DNA from: Camelus ferus
Lineage: Eukaryota
Assembly (NCBI RefSeq): GCF_009834535.1
Contig: NC_045697.1
Location: forward strand, 932,001-996,000
Direction of reading: 5' to 3'
DNA length: 64,000 bases
Part shown: in pieces, positions 57,801-64,000 of the stretch
How positions within the stretch are numbered: position 1 is the stretch's first letter
How the letters are laid out: every line of letters starts with the position of its first letter
The notes under the pieces: model-generated
The model's input: only the letters and a program-made list of their open reading frames with translations
What the model was told of the DNA's origin: nothing
Databases searched by the model: none
Position numbers and translations under genes: made by a program

Positions 57801-59654
57801 AGACTCTCAGCCCTCTAGTGTGATGTCTGGCATGGCACAGTGTGTCTCAGCGGTGGTGTGGATGAAGGGAGTGGCATGAGGGTGCTTCCCTGGAGTGAGG
57901 TTGGAAAGGTGGAGGGCCATGGGTAGTGACAGGTCAGCGAGGAGAGCTGTGGACCAGTGCTAGAGAACAGTGTCCTTCCCAAGGCACAGGAGATGGGGTA
58001 GGAAGAGTGGACAGATGCAGGAGGTGGGGACCGAAGTCTCTTCGGTGGGCTGGGGCCCACGTGGGGCCCAGAATAAGAGGGGAGGGTGGCCCAGGTGCCC
58101 CTGCTGTTCACAGGGTGTGAATAGTATGTGAGGAGACTGGGTGGAGAGGGGACCATTTTATCTCACCGTGAACCAGTGGAAGGGAAGGTAGGCCTTGTTT
58201 CTGATCTGCCTCTCTTCCTTCCAGAAAGAAACTCTGATCTCACCTGCCAGCTGAAAATGTGTCTGTGGTGCATTCCTCTTCACCCAGAAGAGGAAGCCCT
58301 AGGTCCTGAGCATGGCGTGTGGTCCCTTGTGTTTTTCCAGCATCTTCACTGGCCAGCCCCTTGCGGCTGCTCTGTGATCTCATTGTCATGCCGCTGCCGC
58401 TCTGGTGAGGAGCTGCGCTGGCCCCACGGGTCTTCCCTGAGCCGTGGCTTCTTCCCAAGCTGCCCTGCTCCCCTTGAGCCCGGCCTTCGTCTCTGTCTCT
58501 GCCAGCGTTACCGCCCCTGCACTGCGGCGCTCAACGTGTTGGTTTTCTCTCCCCGGCGCTAGGCCCTGCCTCGGGCATGGGGCTCAGGCTCCTGCCCCTC
58601 TGTGGACTGTGGGTGTTTCAAGGCAGCAGCCCTCTGGGCTTTGGGCAGTGCCTGGTATTCACTGAGAGTTAACACATGGAAGAGATACTTTGGAGTCCTC
58701 AGTATTCCTAAAGAATTTCGGTTTGTAAAAATTGAATTCCTAGATTTTCTAAGTTAAAATATATCTTAGAAATAAGAGCCTTCTGTGTTGCTTCCCCCAG
58801 AAGATTTGGAGTGGGTGCCGTCTGTGCAGAGCTGCTCCCTCTGTGGCTTTGAGGAAGAATCCTCCTTCCCTCGCCTCATGGAGTCCTCACAGCAGGGAAC
58901 TGATCCCTGAGATGCGAAGTGCTGACCCAACTCACAAGGCTGTAAGCCCTGGGGCTCCTGCAGGGCCTGACCTCTGCTTCTGTGCTCTGGGGACTGACTG
59001 CTTGTCCTCTTGGGGGGCGTTTGAACATACACTGTCCACATGTGAATAGGATGGTGTGCCGTTATATTTTTGTTCATCAGTATGGCTTCTGGTGACATTT
59101 CTTTGTTCCTTGGGAATTAGCTGTGTGCCAGCGATGGGCCATAACCTGTGTCCTTGGTCCCAGGGACTTTACAGACCTGAGTGGGTGAAACAGGAGAGAC
59201 AGCAGATGAAAGACTGCATCTCTGAAAAGCCCGTGAGTAGTCTTGCCAAAGGGTTGACCTGAAACTGATCAAGCCTTTATGCCCCATAACCAGTTTACAG
59301 GAAACGCAGGGGGAAAGGAACACATGAACCTACCCTGCAGGATGGCCGTTGGCAGAACTTAGGATTTGGGCAGTAACCAGGTCTCTTCAGCAAGTAAAAC
59401 AAGGAGTCTCTGGATGATGGGAGGTTGGAGGCACATGGACTGACCACACTATGTAGGGCTTATTTGCATCCAAGGCAGGCCAGCTAGGTAGAGATGTAAG
59501 TAAACATCACTTCCACTATTTGAGACAGTTAGAAATTGGAACACTGGCCGGATTTGTTATTAAGGAATTCTTTATTATGCTTTTTAACTGCTATAGTGGT
59601 TTTAAGAAAAGCATTTATACTGTGTAGAGCTGCGTACAGAATTTGTCAGTGAGC

Positions 59655-59778
59655 GGGGAGGGTGTAAGTTCAGTGGTACACAGAGCGCACAAGGTCCGGG
59701 GTTCAATCCCCAGTGCTGGCATTCTAACTAGCTAACTAAAACCTAATTACCCCCACCAAGAAAAAGAATGAAAGTAAA
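59655..59778 (+). mobile_element. Second, more diverged Vic-1-like tRNA-derived SINE
   Basis: GGGGAGGGTGTAAGTTCAGTGGTA...GGGTTCAATCCCCAG...aacctaattacccc, A-rich tail; imperfect TSD AGAATTTGTCAGTGAG 59638-59653 / AGAATTTGCCAATGAG 59779-59794. Confidence 0.82.
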
Positions 59779-62231
59779 AGAATTTGCCAATGAGATGATA
59801 CAGCAGCTGGGATTTGCTCCACAGTTCTATGAAGAAGGGGCAGCGAGGGTGTGACTGGATCAGGACTGGCCTAGGTGGACGCCGGGCTCTACCTTTACGT
59901 GTATTCAGAATTCTCATGACAAGAAGCGAAAAGAAAGTCGTGAAGGCAAGGCTGGGCACAGCCAGCAGCATCTGTAGGGAGGTCAGACCTAACTGGGGTC
60001 TGGTGTCGGGAAAGGCTTCCTGATGGGATCGCCTCGGGCGGGGCGCAGAAGAGGCCTGGCAGAGGGCGCGTGTGAGGATTCCGGACGAGGGCCTGAGACG
60101 GAGCGGACCTAAGGCTGAGTGGCTGGAGCAATGGGTGTAAAACAGGGTTGCGGGGCAGGGGCGGGTTGAGTTCTTTTAGCTGTATTGAGAATTGTCATCC
60201 TAAGAGCAGTGTGAGGCCCTTGAAGGGTTTTAAACAGGGGTGTGGGGTGTGTGTGTGTGCGGTGAATCTCTGCTCTGGGAAGTGCGCTTCTCTGTAAACT
60301 GGCGATGGGAGGATTAGGGGAGTGAGTGGTGGGCACAGGAGGCCAATCTGTGCTTGCTGTCTCTTTGGGTTAGGGTCTTCCCGGTTGTCCCTGCTTTGGG
60401 TGCCTGGGAGGCTGACCAGCCCTGCCCCCTTGAAATCTGGTGTGGCCATGTGACTTGCTTTGGACAATGAGGTGACATGTCGCTTCTGACGAAAGCTCCG
60501 AGAGAGACGTGTGCTTTATCACGTCCTCTTTTGCATCTGATTGCGGGAGCACACAGACACGTGCTGTGAGCGAGAAAGCAAGCTCTGGGTTGAGCCGTTA
60601 CTGCTGCACAAGCTTGCCTAGGGGTTCTCGAGGTCCGGTCCCCAGAGTGGCAGCACTGGTCACCAGGAGCTCCTTAGAAATGCCCGCTCCCGGGCCCCCC
60701 CTTGAGCTGCTGAGTCAGGCTCTGGAGTGGGGTGCAGCGGCCTGTGTTCTCACAAGCCCGCGTGGTGCTGCTCCCTGATCAGCCAGTTAGGAGCCTGTGG
60801 CGTCAGTCCTTGTGGGGGGTGGGCCCGAGGGGAGAGGTGGTCCGCATATCAGCGGGAAGAGATTCTGGACAAAGCTGATAAAGCCTGTTGTTGGGATAGG
60901 AGGGAGGTGTCAGCGAGGCCCTGAGTTTTGTTGGACGAAACCAGATGGCGGAAGCACAGTTTGCTGTCCAGACTGTAGATTTTTGTGAGCGTTTGCATTT
61001 ACTTCCCTTTCAAGTTTCAGAAACCAGGAAAAGCCGAGCAAGGAGATTTAAAACTCCCACTAACTCCTCCACTCAAGGATCAGGTCTCGGCAGAGCCCCC
61101 ATTTGTGATGGTGCCCTCCCTGCGCTTCTGACCCTCACTTGCTGTCCCCACCTGCCCTCCCACGTGAGTGGAAGCATGACGCAGGCAGCACCCTTGCCTT
61201 GTCCCGGCCCCTGCCGCAGGTGTGCCTCTGAGGGTGAGCTGGTGGTGTGCTTGGGACTGGGGTGGCGGGCAGGGCCTGTGCCCGTCGGTGTGGCCTGGGT
61301 GCTGAGGACCCTGCTTCTCCAGGTTTGAAGTCCTCCGCGGTGCAGGCCGGAGCTGGCCGGAGAGGTGGAGGAGCTGTCTGACTTCACACAGCTTCCTCTT
61401 CCTCCTGGAGAGAAAAGGCGTGTTTTGGGGGGGAGCAGCTCTTCCCGGAATGAGAGCTGCAAGAACGCTGCTGTTAGGGTTCTCTCCTGTTGTTCTGTGT
61501 CTGAGATTGTGTACTTTATTTGTGGAAGAGGAGTTGAGATTAAGTGTCATATTAACAGTTTATTGGATTCTTTTCTGTTGAGTTCTGAAATCCGTATCAA
61601 GTATTTATTTCTTTAAAATTCAACTGCTTACAACTTCTTAGAGAAAACACTAGCAGTTCTTGTCAGTCCGGTGCCTACCTCTGGAGGCCAAGCTTGTGCG
61701 GTTCCTTGGACACCGTGTTAGGGCTCTCTGTGAGCGAGCAGGTGACACCAGTCAAGGGTCAGGACAAGTCACAGGTGATTACCCTCTCCACTTCCTTTGC
61801 AGAGGGCCCTGTTCATTTTTGCAGGCTGATAAACTTCTGAGACAGAGGAAACCTAGGTCTTGCTGGCCCACTAGAAATGAAATGTTTCAGCAAGATCTTG
61901 CCCTGGCTTCACTTTTCCGTCTCTTGAAGACTCCAAGGTGACTCCTTGGGGCCAGGCATAGCACTGGTGTGTGAAGGACACCCTGGGTGCTTGTGGGGAG
62001 CCTCTGCACTCTGTCTGGTCTGTCCCTGTCTTCCAGAAGCCACTGCTGCCTCCCCTGGTCGGTGCCGACTGCTCCTCTCGTTCTTGCTGTCGGTTTCAGA
62101 GCTGGTTCTCTGTCCTGACCGGATTCTGGCACCATCCCCACTGCCCTCCCTTTGTGAGTTCCCAGCACGAGGATGATGTAGCAGAAACTAAGTTCTGAGC
62201 TTCAGCCTAGAGGCTGTAGAAATCTTACTTT

Positions 62232-63752
62232 TATATGTGTATATACTTTATTGAAGTATAATCAGTATACAATGTTGCGTTAATTTCTGGTGTACAGCAC
62301 GATACTACAGTCATATAGGAACGTATATTCATTTTCATACTTTTTCACCATAAGTTATTGTAAGATTTTGAATGTAGTTCCCTCTGCTATACAATATAAA
62401 CTTGTTTGTCTGTTTTATATATATTAGTTAGTATCTGCAAATCTCGAACTCCCAGTTTATCCCTTCCCACCCCCTTCTCCCCTGGTAACCATGAGTTTGT
62501 CTGTGGGTCTGTTTCTGTTTTGTAAATAAGTGCATTTGTGTGTGTTTTTAAGATTTCACAGAAAAGTAATATCATACGGTATTTTTCTTTCTCTTTCTGG
62601 CTTACTTCACTTAGACAGTGATGATCTCCAGGTCCATCTATGTTGCTGCAAATGGTATTATTTTATTGTTTTTTATGGCTGACTAGTATTCCATCGTATA
62701 AATATACCACAGCTTCTTTATCCATTCATCTATCGATGGACATTTAGGTTGTTTCCATGTCTTAGCTATTGTAAATAGTGCTGTTATGAACATTGGTGTG
62801 CAGGTGTCTTTTTGAATTAAGGTTCTCTCTGGATATATGCCCAGAAGTGGGATTGCTGGATCATATGGTAAGTCTATTTTTAGTTTTTTGAGGAATCTCC
62901 AAACTGTTTTCCATAGTGGCTGCACCAAACTGCATTCCCACCAGCAGTGTAGGAAGGTTCCCTTTTCTCCACACCCTCTCCAGCATTTATCGTTTGTGGA
63001 GTTTTGAATGATGGCCATTCCAACAGGTGTGAGGTGATACTTCAATGTAGTTTTGATTTGCATTTCTCTGATAATTAGTGATATTGAGCATTTTTTCATG
63101 TGCCTATTGGCCATTCTTATGTCTTCATTGGAGAATTGCTTGTTTAGGTCTTCTGCCCATTTTTGGATGGGTTTATTTTTTTCTTATTAAGCTGTATGAG
63201 CTGTTTATATGTTCTGGAAATTAAGCCCTTGTCAGTCTCACCTTTTGCAAATATTTTCTCCCATTCCATAGGTTGTCTTTTTGTTTTGCTTATGGTTTCC
63301 TTTGTTGTGCAAAACCTTATAAGTGTAATTAGGTCCTATTTGTTTCTTTTGCTTTTATTTTTATTGCTTGGGTAGACTGCCCTAGGAGAACATTGCTGAG
63401 ATGTATGTCAGATAATGTTTTGCCTATGTTTCCTTGTAAGAGATTTATAGTGTCTTGTCTTACGTTTAAGTCTAAGCCATTTTGAGTTTATTTTTGTGTA
63501 TGGTGTGAGGGAGTGTTCTAACTTCATTGATTTACATGCACCTGTCTAGTTTTCCCAACACCACTTGCTGAAGAGGCTGTCTTTACTCCATTGTATGTTT
63601 TGCCTCGTTTGTCAGAAATTAATTAACCAAATGTTTGTGGATTTATTTCTGGGCTCTCTGCTGTTCCATTGACCTATATGTCTGTTTCTGTATCAATACC
63701 ATGCTGTTTTGATTACTGTAGCTATGTAGTATTGTCTAAAGTTTGGGGGGGT
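62232..63752 (-). mobile_element. 5'-truncated L1 (ORF2 C-terminus + 3'UTR)
   Basis: ORF 62683-63114 [30 protein letters not shown]...[17 protein letters not shown]...[23 protein letters not shown] is the L1 ORF2 CCHC region; TSD TAGAAATCTTA(C/T)TTT at 62217-62231 and 63753-63767. Confidence 0.95.
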
Positions 63753-64000
63753 TAGAAATCTTATTTTCAAGGGTGTGTAGTTTTTTTGACACATCATTAA
63801 GGCAAAATAGAAAGCTTGATTATTATTAATAATTTTATAATCAGAAAATACATTTTGTGAAAAATTTGTCTGAATCAGAAAAGTAGAAGGCAACTGACGA
63901 CTCTGATCTTGCCAATCTAACAGTTAGGTCTATTTCCGGTTGACGCTTTCCGTCATCAGACTGGGCCATGCGCCCTGAAGACAGCCCCTCTGCACGGCCG

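Noticed and set aside
63930..63960. ETS/CRE-like TTCCGGTTGACG as an alternative NSD2 promoter
   Set aside because: Single short motif at the window edge with no CpG island visible; insufficient support
53361..64000. NSD2 coding exons or its intronic scaRNA
   Set aside because: No NSD2-like peptide or scaRNA recognised; they are expected downstream of the window

Overview
Mammalian genomic DNA, probably a camelid. The evidence is two tRNA-Ala-derived SINEs resembling the camelid Vic-1 family; I recognised no Alu, Bov-A or PRE-1 elements. The window is orthologous to human 4p16.3 (Wolf-Hirschhorn region). It holds the last 10 coding exons and 3' UTR of FGFR3 (+, 1-~4420), the complete 14-exon LETM1 gene (-, CDS 41565->10101, 731 aa, convergent with FGFR3), and the CpG-island promoter, non-coding exon 1 and start of intron 1 of NSD2/WHSC1 (+, ~52500 onward). 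The rest is intronic or intergenic, with L1, MaLR/ERV LTR, L2, MER and SINE remnants. I read all exon boundaries by hand; they are GT-AG and phase-consistent. I found no convincing wholly new biological system. Best leads: a 3.1-kb composite ORF1-only L1 insertion bounded by a 19-bp direct repeat, the conserved non-canonical GA splice donor of FGFR3, a candidate 14-nt NSD2 5'UTR microexon, two orphan CpG islands with CTCF-like motifs bracketing LETM1, and a telomere-like degenerate minisatellite. Comparisons to human proteins and repeat consensi are from memory, not from alignments.
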